From Candidatus Eiseniibacteriota bacterium (GTDB lineage: Bacteria; Eisenbacteria; RBG-16-71-46; JABDJR01): a DNA stretch of 64,000 nt. Every line of letters starts with the position of its first letter. Within the stretch, counting starts at the first letter, position 1. The stretch lies in assembly GCA_963762255.1 (NCBI GenBank), contig CAVXKA010000002.1, forward strand, positions 643,371-707,370, in the 5' to 3' direction. A program made the translations under genes and the position numbers. Below the pieces are notes generated by a model. The model made no database searches. It saw nothing but the letters and a program-made list of their open reading frames with translations, and was not told the DNA's origin. Of the stretch, positions 15,701 to 24,423 are shown one piece after another.

Positions 15701-17827
15701 GGCGCCGCCACCATCGCGCTGACCATCGACGAGATCGGGATGGCCCGCACTGCCGAGCGCAAGCTGGAGGTGGCCCGGAAGATCCACGACATCGCCACGA
15801 AGGAGTACGGGATTCTGCCCGATGCGCTCATCTTCGACGCCCTGACATTCACGCTGGCCACCGGCGACCCTGAGAGCGCCAACACGGCCGTGGAGACGCT
15901 GGAGGGAATCCGGCGGATCAAGGCCGCACTTCCCGGCGTGATGACATCCCTCGGGGTGTCGAACGTCTCCTATGGATTCAAGCCGGCGGCGCGCCGGGTG
16001 CTGAACAGCGTCTTCCTCTACCACGCGGTGGAGGCCGGGCTGGACATGGCCATCGTGAATCCCAAGCAGGTGACGCCGTACGCCGAGATCCCGGCCGCAG
16101 AGCGCGAGCTCGCCGAGGACCTTCTTCTCAACCGGCGGCCGGATGCCACGGCCCGGTTCATCAGTTTCTACGAGGGGGCCAAGGCCAGGCAGGTGGAAAC
16201 GGTCGATCCCACCGCCGGGCTGCCGCCGGCGGAGCGGTTGCACGCGCGCATCCTGCACCGCAAGCCGGAAGGGCTCGAAGCCGACGTGGACGCCCTTGTC
16301 GTGGCCGGCGTGCGCGAGAAGACCGGGGTGACCGATTTCACGGCGGAGCCCGGCTATCACTTTCCCAATGCCGACACCTCGGCGGTGGCGGTGCAGGTTC
16401 TGAACCAGGTGATGCTGCCGGCTATGAAGGAGGTCGGCGACAAGTTCGGCTCCGGCGAGTTGATCCTCCCCTTCGTGCTCCAGTCGGCCGAAGTGATGAA
16501 GAAGGCGGTGGGACAGCTCGAGAAGTATCTGGAGAGGGCCGAGGGGGTCAGCAAGGGGAAGGTCGTCCTGGCCACGGTCTACGGTGACGTCCACGACATC
16601 GGCAAGAACCTGATCAAGACGATTCTGGCCAACAATGGCTACAGCGTGTACGACCTGGGCAAGCAAGTGCCGGTGAACGTGATCGTAGACCAGGCGGTGG
16701 AGCTCAAGGCCGACGCCATCGGGCTGTCGGCGCTGCTCGTGTCCACCTCGCGGCAGATGCCGCTCGTGGTCCGCGAGCTGGACCGGCGCGGATTGTCCAT
16801 GCCGGTGCTGGTGGGAGGTGCGGCCATCAACCGCCGCTTCGGCCGGGAGATCGCGCACGTGGAGGAGGATCGCCCCTACGCCGGCGGCGTGCTCTACTGC
16901 CGCGATGCGTTCGAGGGGCTGGAGACGATCGATCGGCTGGCCGATCCAGCCGCGCGCAAAGAGCTGCTGGCAGGCGAGCGTCGAGCGGCACAGGAGCAGC
17001 GGAAGCCGGCGGCGGCTGGGGGGGCCTCCGCGCAGGAAGACTCCGCCCGGTCGTTGGTGACGCCTCGACCCGAGGACGTCCCCACGCCGCCGTTCTGGGG
17101 GTCCCGCACGGTGGCCGAGCTGCCGATCGAGGAGGTCTTCTCCCGTCTCGACGAGAACAGGCTCTTCAAGATGTCCTGGGGGGCAAAGAGCAAGCTCGAT
17201 GCGGAGTCGGAAGGACTGCGCGGGGAATTCGGCGCGCGCTTGGTGCGGATGAAACGCGCGGCGATCGAGGAACGGTGGTTTGCGCCTCAAGCGGTCTACG
17301 GCTACTTCCCTGCCCAAGCTGACGGCAACGACCTGCTCATCCTCGACCCCGCCGACCATCACCAGGTGCTGGCCCGCTTCTCGTTCCCGCGGCAGAAGGG
17401 ACCGGAACGTTTCTGCCTGGCGGACTACTTCCTGCCGGTCGGCTCGGCGAGGGCTGACGTTGCGGCGCTGCAGGTGGTGACCGTCGGCTCCGCGGCCACT
17501 GCGCGGTTCGACGCAATGGATGGCAAGGACGAGTACAGCGAGGCCTATTACTTCCACGGGCTGGCCGTGCAGACCGCTCAGGCGGCCACGGACCTGCTAT
17601 TCGAACGGATCCGGAAGGAGCTGGGCCTGCCGGATGGGCGCGGACGATCGTACGCGTGGGGCTTCGGTGCGTTGCCCGACGTGGAAGAGCATCGCAAGGT
17701 ATTCCGCCTGCTCCCCGCGGAGCGGGACCTGGGGATGACCCTGACCTCGGCGGGGCAGATGGTGCCCGAGCAGTCCACGGCGATGCTGGTCGTGCATCAC
17801 CCGGAGGCGCGGTACTTCAACGTGTAG
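12800..17827 (+). CDS. metH: Fusion protein: MetV-like Cys-rich MTHFR C-terminal-type domain + methylenetetrahydrofolate reductase (MetF) + complete cobalamin-dependent methionine synthase (MetH: Hcy-binding, pterin-binding, B12-cap, B12-binding DxHxxG, AdoMet-activation domains)
   Basis: Single uninterrupted 1675-aa ORF with a strong RBS (GGAGGAAGACG-ATG). N-terminus has CxxCxxC / CPMECPKG / PCGG cysteine clusters, then an MTHFR-like body (LVVTSEVAPP...CLTGD). A Pro-rich linker follows. The MetH body starts with the Hcy-methyltransferase motif VLVFDGAMGTAIQ, the B12-binding motif DVHDIGKN is present, and the C-terminus is the reactivation domain. Confidence 0.85.
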   Translation: MPGFTPGRRFQPAYLSFIRRPAAERLLALLERQTKGTLFGCRMCGNCLLQETAFICPMECPKGLRNGPCGGSTPEGCYVDPGRPCIWHHIFERADRMGRTDRLMEVLPPLDWARVGRETWGEVIDEVRRRGFGKALASFLAGREQRAAFWDPLFLGIRQPDWWQGDDAPHPALAHAPVSRLEEKLAAGRLVVTSEVAPPLSVAPEELTGTLRLLRDWIDAANFTDNPSATPRMSSLACSVLALAQGVEPVMQVAARDRTRMGLQAEILGAAALGIRNVLCLTGDHPVLGPSPQGRMDIWDIDSIQMLWILRRMRDARQYMDGRAIKNPPALFLGAAASPFSSTPRTQALRELKKVHAGAQFFQSNLIYDVEGFESYAEALDKAGVLGKTPFLAGITPVRSARAAHAMSKVPGVKIPPALIERLEKSRNPQEEGVQIALEIIDRVKRLPGISGFHIMAVGWELIVPRLVRESGLKEPPAPTGDPGISIRTPTRAPRASRPAERPPAEHTDRRYLDALTSKVLVFDGAMGTAIQMCNLTAADFGGEKTAGCNDYLVLQKPDVIEGIHASYLEAGCDVIETCTFRANRQTMAEYGLENRIPEMNRAAAVLARRAADSFSTAERPRFVAGSIGPTGMLPSSSDPELSAIAFEELADIFSEQAEALVEGGCDLLLIETSQDMLEVKAAIMGVQDAFARTGKRIPLQVQVTLDATGRMLLGTDAAAVLATLERMPVDVLGINCSTGPEHMRAPLAYLGENSSKPVSCLPNAGLPENVDGEAVYPLQPDGFAEEMADYVERFGLNAVGGCCGTTPEHIRMLVERLHGREPRPRTARPLSLVSSGITVADLVQNPRPMLIGERLNAQGSKKMKELLLAEDYGGIAAVAREQIDGGAHTLDICVAMTERRDESYLMSRVVRTLSQTVEAPLVIDTTEAEVLEAALQAAPGRIIVNAVNMENGRHRVDTMLPLIRDYGAATIALTIDEIGMARTAERKLEVARKIHDIATKEYGILPDALIFDALTFTLATGDPESANTAVETLEGIRRIKAALPGVMTSLGVSNVSYGFKPAARRVLNSVFLYHAVEAGLDMAIVNPKQVTPYAEIPAAERELAEDLLLNRRPDATARFISFYEGAKARQVETVDPTAGLPPAERLHARILHRKPEGLEADVDALVVAGVREKTGVTDFTAEPGYHFPNADTSAVAVQVLNQVMLPAMKEVGDKFGSGELILPFVLQSAEVMKKAVGQLEKYLERAEGVSKGKVVLATVYGDVHDIGKNLIKTILANNGYSVYDLGKQVPVNVIVDQAVELKADAIGLSALLVSTSRQMPLVVRELDRRGLSMPVLVGGAAINRRFGREIAHVEEDRPYAGGVLYCRDAFEGLETIDRLADPAARKELLAGERRAAQEQRKPAAAGGASAQEDSARSLVTPRPEDVPTPPFWGSRTVAELPIEEVFSRLDENRLFKMSWGAKSKLDAESEGLRGEFGARLVRMKRAAIEERWFAPQAVYGYFPAQADGNDLLILDPADHHQVLARFSFPRQKGPERFCLADYFLPVGSARADVAALQVVTVGSAATARFDAMDGKDEYSEAYYFHGLAVQTAQAATDLLFERIRKELGLPDGRGRSYAWGFGALPDVEEHRKVFRLLPAERDLGMTLTSAGQMVPEQSTAMLVVHHPEARYFNV

Positions 17828-18158
17828 GTTTGCCACCCCGGTAGAATCGAATCTGCACCCGCTCCATAGTGGCGAGCCCTTCGTTGACGGCCTCATCCAC
17901 TAGCGGCAGGAATGCTTCGATCTTCTCGAGCGTGTCCACGATCTCCACGATGATCGGAAGATCCACCGAGAGTCTCAGGATCTTGGCTGTGTGAAGGCGG
18001 CTGTGGGCCCCGAAGCCCTCGGTGCCGCGCAGCACCGTCGCGCCGGCGAGACCGTGCTCGCGAGCCTTGAGCACCAGCCACTGATAGAGCGGTTTCCCAT
18101 CGTGCTTGTCGGACTCTCCGATGAAGATGCGCAGCAGGTGCCCCTCTTCAGGAAGCAT
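17817..18158 (-). CDS. DUF190 / COG1993 PII-like protein (commonly paired with CrcB fluoride channels)
   Basis: 113 aa with MLPEEGHLLRIFIGESDKHDGKPLY, typical of DUF190. Immediately downstream of crcB on the same strand. Confidence 0.75.
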   Translation of the reverse strand: MLPEEGHLLRIFIGESDKHDGKPLYQWLVLKAREHGLAGATVLRGTEGFGAHSRLHTAKILRLSVDLPIIVEIVDTLEKIEAFLPLVDEAVNEGLATMERVQIRFYRGGKPTR

Positions 18159-18162
18159 CGTC

Positions 18163-18549
18163 TCACCTCCCCGGCAGGAGTTGCGTCAACGCGGCCCCCG
18201 CCCACACGGCGCCGATCCCAAGAACCACCTGGAGTACGACCGAACTGGCGAGCGCCAGCATCTGACCGTCTCGAATCAGTTGGAAGGATTCATACCCGAA
18301 CGTGGAGAACGTGCTGAACCCTCCCAGGAAACCGATGAACAAGAATACCCGGGTTCCCCCACCGATGACACCCCGCGCCTCGGACAGGGTCGCCAGGAAC
18401 CCGATCGCAAGACACGCTGCGACGTTGATGACGAGCGTCTCGTATGGGAAACTGGCGCCCTGTTTCACTCGGTTGATGAGCCCACCGACGCCGAATCGCA
18501 GCATCGCGCCGAGGAACCCGCCGAGTCCGGCCAAGAGATAGAGTTCCAT
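18163..18549 (-). CDS. crcB: Fluoride ion channel CrcB/Fluc
   Basis: About 128 aa with four TM helices and the GFxGGxTTFSTF-like signature (GFLGGFSTFSTF). Start chosen at MELYLLAGLGG with a GGAGGG RBS. The ORF is listed longer (to 18639). Confidence 0.85.
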   Translation of the reverse strand: MELYLLAGLGGFLGAMLRFGVGGLINRVKQGASFPYETLVINVAACLAIGFLATLSEARGVIGGGTRVFLFIGFLGGFSTFSTFGYESFQLIRDGQMLALASSVVLQVVLGIGAVWAGAALTQLLPGR

Positions 18550-18899
18550 CCAGATCACCCTCCGAAACCGGCGTCGCCCGGCCGTTGCAGTCTCGGGTTG
18601 CGGGTCCGGTGCTTCGTCCGAGTCAACGATCATCTTCACGATACGGACCCCGTTCCTTGAATAACTAGCGGGTTCAGCAGGGTCGACTTGCCGCGCTTGG
18701 ATTGGCCGACGAGGGCAACATGGAAGAGCCCCGCAGTGAGGCGGTCGGCCAACGATCGGGCATCCTCTGCGAGGCGCAGGATCCGCAGTCTAGCATCCGG
18801 GGGGAGGCCGGACAACGCATGGAAAAGGGTACCTTGACCTCGCGGCCGACTTGGTCAGTAATAGGGTGATCTATCAGCCGCGTATCGACGGGAGACCGC

Positions 18900-20474
18900 A
18901 TGTCCAACGAGCCCAAGAAGAGTCCGCTGAAGGAGATCACCCAGCCGTTCGTGGACGTATGGCACGCTCCGCGGGCTCTGTGGGGCGTGAACCTCGGCTA
19001 CACGCTCGAGGGGTTGGCCTACTTCGGCGTGCTGGGCTACCTCACCATCTACTTCTCGCAGCAGGTCTTCGCCGGGGTGCCGAACCCCGATACCTATGCC
19101 CACAACATGGTGGCGGTGCTGACCGGCGGGATCACCATCTCCATGCTGTTCCTGGGCTTCGTGCCCGACAAAGTGGGCGTGCGCCGGACGCTCATCTGGT
19201 CGTTTGTCCTGCTGGTCATCGGACGGGTGCTGATCGCCGCCGCGCCGACGCTGCTCCACCTGCGCGCGGGTCTCTGGTCGCCACTCCACCTGACCACGAT
19301 GCTGGGCATCATCATCATCGTCATCGGTTACGGCGTCTACCAACCCGCGGCCTACGCAGCAGTGCGGCAGTTCACGAGCCCCAGGAATTCGGGCATGGCC
19401 TTCGCCATGCTGTATGCGCTCATGAACCTGGGCGGATGGTTCCCGACATTCGCCTTCCTTTTGCGCGACACCGCGGGAATGGGCATCACCGGGACCTTCT
19501 GGGTCTATGCCGCGATCACCGTGCTGGGACTGATCTCGACCGTGCTCCTGCTGACCTCCGACACGGTGCGGAAGGCCATCGCCGGAGCCAAGGCCGACAC
19601 CGCCCGCGAGCAGGCGGCGGAGTCCAAACCGGCGGATGAGAAGAAGCCGGAGGCGCCGGCGAAGGGCGTCACGGGGCGCTATCCCCCGGTGCAGATGTGG
19701 CTCCTCATGGCCATGTGCGCTGCCGCGCTCTGGTGGAAGGTGCCCGCCGGCCCCCCGCTGGCCGGCCTGCCGCTCAACATCGCGATCGCGCTGCTCGCGG
19801 CCGTGGTCTGGGTCGCTCTCGCGCTGGTGCCGGCGACCGGCCGCTACCTGGCGCGGCACCCGTTGGCCGACCGCAAGTTCTTCTTCTTCATCTTCGCCCT
19901 GATCCCGGTACAAACGCTGTTCACCTACAACTGGCTCGTGCTGCCGGAGTACATCAATCGTGCCTACACCGGCTGGGTCGGCCGGTACTTCGAGGTCGCC
20001 TCCAACTTCAATCCTATCCTGATCTTCGTCCTCACGCCGATCATCGCCGCGCTGACGATGAGGAAGAAGGTCTACAACGTGATGATCTGGGGCACCTTCA
20101 TCATGGCGGCTCCGGCTTTCCTGCTGGCCATCGGGACCTACTGGTGGACCCTGTACCTCTACCTCATCGTCATGACGGTCGGCGAGGCCATGTGGTCGCC
20201 GCGCTTTCTGCAGTATGCGGCGGAGATCGCGCCTGAAGGGCGGACCGGGGAGTACATGGGCGTGGCTCAGCTACCCTGGTTCCTGACCAAGGTGCTGGTG
20301 CCGCTGCTCTACTCCGGGTACATGATGGACCGTTACTGCCCGGCGCCCGAGACGGGCAGGGCCGCCAACACCCAGCCCATGTGGCTCATCTTCGGGATCA
20401 TCGCGATGGGCTCGACCGTCTTGCTGCTGCTGGCGAAGAACTGGGCGGGGAAGGACTTCAAGGCGCAGGCGTAG
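18900..20474 (+). CDS. MFS-family transporter
   Basis: 524 aa with about 12-14 predicted TM helices, a hydrophilic Lys/Glu-rich central loop, and general MFS architecture. Confidence 0.7.
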   Translation: MSNEPKKSPLKEITQPFVDVWHAPRALWGVNLGYTLEGLAYFGVLGYLTIYFSQQVFAGVPNPDTYAHNMVAVLTGGITISMLFLGFVPDKVGVRRTLIWSFVLLVIGRVLIAAAPTLLHLRAGLWSPLHLTTMLGIIIIVIGYGVYQPAAYAAVRQFTSPRNSGMAFAMLYALMNLGGWFPTFAFLLRDTAGMGITGTFWVYAAITVLGLISTVLLLTSDTVRKAIAGAKADTAREQAAESKPADEKKPEAPAKGVTGRYPPVQMWLLMAMCAAALWWKVPAGPPLAGLPLNIAIALLAAVVWVALALVPATGRYLARHPLADRKFFFFIFALIPVQTLFTYNWLVLPEYINRAYTGWVGRYFEVASNFNPILIFVLTPIIAALTMRKKVYNVMIWGTFIMAAPAFLLAIGTYWWTLYLYLIVMTVGEAMWSPRFLQYAAEIAPEGRTGEYMGVAQLPWFLTKVLVPLLYSGYMMDRYCPAPETGRAANTQPMWLIFGIIAMGSTVLLLLAKNWAGKDFKAQA

Positions 20475-20528
20475 CGAGGGACCCACCGCCTCTCGTGCTT
20501 CCCCTCGTCACGCCCCTCTCCCGCTTCC

Positions 20529-22464
20529 TCAGCGGAAGAACTGGATGTAGAGGTACGGATAACCGCTGTCCCAGTTCGTCGAGACATAGTCGTAATCGTA
20601 ACTTGTACCGTAATCCGGGTGATGCGAGATACTGCGGGTCATGCTGACGAACACGTTTCTCGCGTTGCTGCCTTGCATGCCGAAATCAAATCCGTCGTAT
20701 GGGACCAGGTTGTAGTCCTCGTCGTGCGGGAGGTTCTTGAGCTTCAACTGCGTGGTCTCTATGTGCCAGCCGCCCTGGAAGGACCTCATGACGTAGGTAT
20801 CTACCGCCGTCACCATGCGGCCGTCCGCGCTGACACTGCCGGTGATCGTGAAGATGTGGTGGTCGTCCTGCTCATTGGTCGAGTCGAGCGTGAAGGAGAA
20901 GTTTCTCCCGCTCCACGACAGCGGCGCGAGCCCGATGCTCGGTTCCGGATTGTAGTAGCCGGCATCGATCAACTCGTCCCGCGTCGCGCCGGTGTAAACA
21001 TTGGTCGCCGAGAACCAGACGACCACCGCCCGCGTTGCGAGCAACTGCTGCAGGAAGCTGGTGTCAGCTACCGTGTACTCCTCCGACCGTACGAACATCC
21101 CGCCGATACGGTACTCCGCGACGACGATGTCCCCGTTCTTGAGCGTAAGCCCTTCGACGGTGAACCCCCCGTCGCTGCGCAGCGTCCCCTGTCCGACCGC
21201 CTTGTTGGCCACGTAGATGAACACCCGGCCCGCCACCGTCGACACCAGAGGAATACTCCGCATCGGCGTTCAGGGACACCGAGCCTTCCACCTTCCCATC
21301 CTCCTTGGCGGAGGAGATGGATACCTCGAGCTTTGGAATGAAGAGCCGGATGACGTTCGCCCCGGCCTCGATGATGTTGGGGATCAGCACCGCGCTCTGC
21401 GACTCGACGCACTCCGCGTCCATGTAAGGATAGGTGCGCTGCAGGAAAAACCCCTCGTCCTTGCACATCACCACGGTCTGCCCCCCCGGGAAGGCCTTCG
21501 TGAACTTGTACGTGCCGGGGTTGTAGGTCAGCTGCTCCAGTTTCGGAGACGCGTAGGGCGAGGACGGCCGGATGATCTGCTGGTACGTGGACGCCCCGGT
21601 GCCGCTGATGGTCTGGGCCGTGAAGAAGTTGCTGTTGGTGAAGCGCGCGAGTTCTTCAAAGATCACGTCCGCCCGGTCCGCCGCGCGCACCGCGGTTTTG
21701 AGCGCCGGGTCCGCCGCTCCCGCTGCGTACTCTGTGACGTAGGACGGCTTGACCAGTTCCTCGTACGGATCGGGGTCGCCGAGCGCGATGCGGTACGTCC
21801 AGCCGACCGGGGCGGCATGACTGTCGTTGCGCACGTGCGGAGGACACCCCATGTCGGCCACGAGATGCAGCGTCTCGCCAAGACAGCGCCACGCCCGCGC
21901 CATGTGCTGGTCGCGCTTCGTCTCGTCCGCCTCCGCCAGCGCCTTGCGCATCCACTCCTTCCCCTTGTCCCACGTCCATGTGTTCCCGCTGTTATGCAGC
22001 GCCCAATCCTTCGCGTCGATATGTGGGTTGAGGAGGTTGTTGTTGATGATGAACTCCCAGTACGTGCCGCGATCGGAGAGGTACTTCTTCCCGCCGTCGA
22101 TGCCCAGCGGATCGTAGAAATGCCGCAGCGCGGCGGGAACCTCCGGCTCGTCGGCCGAATAGCCGCCGTGCGAGATCCACTGCTTCGGCGTCTTCGTCAC
22201 CATCGATTCGCCCGTCGTGGAGGCGAAGTACCCGGGATTCGTCACCGCGGGTCCCTCGAACACCGAACTGCCGTCGAAGACGAAGACGTAGTGCTTGAAG
22301 GTATCCGGACTGCCGAGCCCGGTGACGAAACGGTCGACGAAGGCGTCGACGATCGGTTCGTTGATGGCGGGATGCATGTCCTTGTTGCCGTAGCCCGAGA
22401 CCATCAACGAGAGGGCGAGGCAACTGAGGGCGCCGGCGAGCCAGGAGAGGATTCTGCGTATCAT
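20529..22464 (-). CDS. Secreted zinc-dependent phospholipase C / S1-P1 nuclease superfamily protein, interrupted by an apparent frameshift near 21235-21260 (pseudogene or sequencing indel)
   Basis: Signal peptide (MIRRILSWLAGALSCLALSLMVSG). PLC-type zinc motif LGETLHLVADMGCPPHVRND. The 466-aa ORF degenerates into Arg/Gly-rich garbage after ...SLNADAEYSSG. A 244-aa ORF in another frame (21263 down to 20529) carries a plausible beta-rich C-terminal domain. Confidence 0.5.
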
Positions 22465-22474
22465 GGCGTCCTCC

Positions 22475-22870
22475 TCAGAACCGCACGAGCTTCCACACGC
22501 CGTCGTCCTGCGCGGCGAGTGCGAAGCTCATGGTGCGGCCGCCCGCGGTATAGCGGTACTCGGCGTAGCATTCGGTATAGACGTCGAGTTGCCGCGTGTC
22601 GATCGCGTCGGCGAATTCCGGCATCCGGGCGGTCAGGGACTCGAGGTCGGCGTCGCAGATGCCCAGCGCTTCCTCGGTCATCACCGCGCGGACGGCCGCG
22701 GGATCGCCACCGCGGAACGCGTCTTCCACCGCCTGCGCGGCCTCGTGGATCTTCTCGACGTCGACCGTCGGATCCGGATCGGCGATTCGATCCCTCTCCC
22801 CGCAGTTGACGAGAAGCAGCACCCCCGCGACCGTAATAAATCCTGCGATGAACGCTCTGAGCGCTGGCAT
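22475..22870 (-). CDS. Hypothetical lipoprotein
   Basis: Start at MPALRAFIAGFITVAGVLLLVNC (lipobox LVNC) with a very strong RBS (AAGAAGGAGGAGAGC-ATG). Ends 10 nt before the PLC-like gene start. Confidence 0.6.
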   Translation of the reverse strand: MPALRAFIAGFITVAGVLLLVNCGERDRIADPDPTVDVEKIHEAAQAVEDAFRGGDPAAVRAVMTEEALGICDADLESLTARMPEFADAIDTRQLDVYTECYAEYRYTAGGRTMSFALAAQDDGVWKLVRF

Positions 22871-23097
22871 GCTCTCCTCCTTCTTGGTGGGAGAGAAGGA
22901 AACGGCCTGGGAGCATGGGGATACTCCTGCCGGCGAAAGTACCACCGCCGGGCCGCATAATCAACGGCTAGGTCGGCGGCCTTCGAGGGCGTGGGCCTCA
23001 CCTTGAACCCCACCGGACGGGGCTCGTCGGACCGAGGCGAGGGGTGATATCGTGCGGGACACGCTTCCGTCACGGTGGAAACCATAGCGAGGTGAAT

Positions 23098-24111
23098 ATG
23101 CGCCGCTCGGCGCTCCTGCTTCTGGTGATCTTGCTTCTCGTCGCGTCCCCCTCGATGCCGGCGAGCCCACCGAATTCCTCCGACCGCCCCTTCCCGCTCC
23201 TGGCCGGAGATCCCGCGCCAGCGCTCGCGGTGAGCGCCTGGATAAAGGGCGATCCCGTGCCGCGCTTCGAGCCCGGTCGCGTCTACCTATTGGACTTCTG
23301 GGCCACCTGGTGCGGGCCCTGCGTAGCCGGCTTTCCGCACCTATCGGAGATCCAGGCTCGGCACCGTGACCGGGTGACCGTGATCGCGGTGAACGTGCTC
23401 GAGATGCAGCCGCAGTTGGTACCGGCCTTCGTGGAGAAGCAGGGGGAGAGGATGGCGTTTGCGGTGGCCACCGACTCCATTCCGGCGGGGAAGGAGGCGA
23501 TGGCGGGGCTCGCGTTCACGGGATGGCTCTACGACTCGGGGACCGATGCCATCCCCGCCGAGTTCATCGTGGACGGAGGCGGAAGGGTGGCGTGGATCGG
23601 GTTCTCGTCCGAGGCGGACAGCGTGCTGGAGGCGGTCATCGTCGGCACCTGGGACACCGACGCCTTCGCGGCGGCGTACCGGGAGAGAAAGGTGAAGGAG
23701 GCGCCCGGCTTCCGCTTCCGCCGGGAGCTCGATGCCGCCCAGGAAGACCAGGAGTGGCCCCGAATCTGGAGCCTCTCGGAAGGGTACTCGGCCGCGGACT
23801 CCGTAAGCGAGCGGAGGGAGAATCTCCACGCGGTCTGGAGCGCGCTCGGAGTCGCCGCGGCAACGATCCTCGAAGGAAACGAGACCGTCCCCGTTGACCT
23901 GGAGTGGGCGCGCCGGTTCGCGGAGCGGGCCGACAGCCTGCGCGCCGGAAATCCCTGGGCACTGTCTGTTCGGGCCCGGGTGGAGGCGCGGGCGGGACAC
24001 GCGGAGATCGCCGCCGCCCTCCTCAGGCGCGCGATCGAGCTTTCCCCCGAGGCATGGAAGCCGCGCTACCAGAAGCTGCTCGAGCGGGTGGAGGCGGGCG
24101 AGCGGCCGTGA
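23098..24111 (+). CDS. TlpA/ResA-like thiol-disulfide oxidoreductase (thioredoxin fold, WCGPC) with signal peptide and C-terminal helical/TPR-like extension
   Basis: Signal peptide MRRSALLLLVILLLVASP, redoxin active site FWATWCGPC. Confidence 0.75.
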   Translation: MRRSALLLLVILLLVASPSMPASPPNSSDRPFPLLAGDPAPALAVSAWIKGDPVPRFEPGRVYLLDFWATWCGPCVAGFPHLSEIQARHRDRVTVIAVNVLEMQPQLVPAFVEKQGERMAFAVATDSIPAGKEAMAGLAFTGWLYDSGTDAIPAEFIVDGGGRVAWIGFSSEADSVLEAVIVGTWDTDAFAAAYRERKVKEAPGFRFRRELDAAQEDQEWPRIWSLSEGYSAADSVSERRENLHAVWSALGVAAATILEGNETVPVDLEWARRFAERADSLRAGNPWALSVRARVEARAGHAEIAAALLRRAIELSPEAWKPRYQKLLERVEAGERP

Positions 24112-24423
24112 GCGCTGATCGGCTGCGTACGATGGAAGCACGAGTGTTGCCGCCCCGCAGATTCCCGGTGCGCGCCGGGGTCGCGCGCAGAAGACTCGGC
24201 CCATTTCGCCCGCGCCGCGCGGGCCAACGATCTCGAAGCGGCCGAGGCTGGTTCAGGGGGTGCGGCGTATCGGGCACATATACACGATCGCGCCACATCC
24301 TCGGAATGGCGTCTATCTCGATGTAGGATGCATACTATGATCGTCGTCGTCGGGCCAAGCTGCCTCGCTGCGAAGCTCATCATTCCCAGCACGGTGGTCG
24401 GGATCCACCCACGGAGGTGAGAC

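Noticed and set aside
18550-18700. Fluoride (crcB) riboswitch upstream of crcB
   Set aside because: Expected from the gene context, but the conserved GGCGAUGG / AAACCGCC / CUGAUGAUUCCU blocks are not recognisable in the sequence. Reported as a finding to test rather than as a feature.
24112-24423. Possible terminator hairpin (CCCGG-tgcgcg-CCGGG) after the TlpA gene
   Set aside because: Short 5-bp stem, no U-tract, and many equally good GC hairpins occur by chance in this GC-rich sequence.
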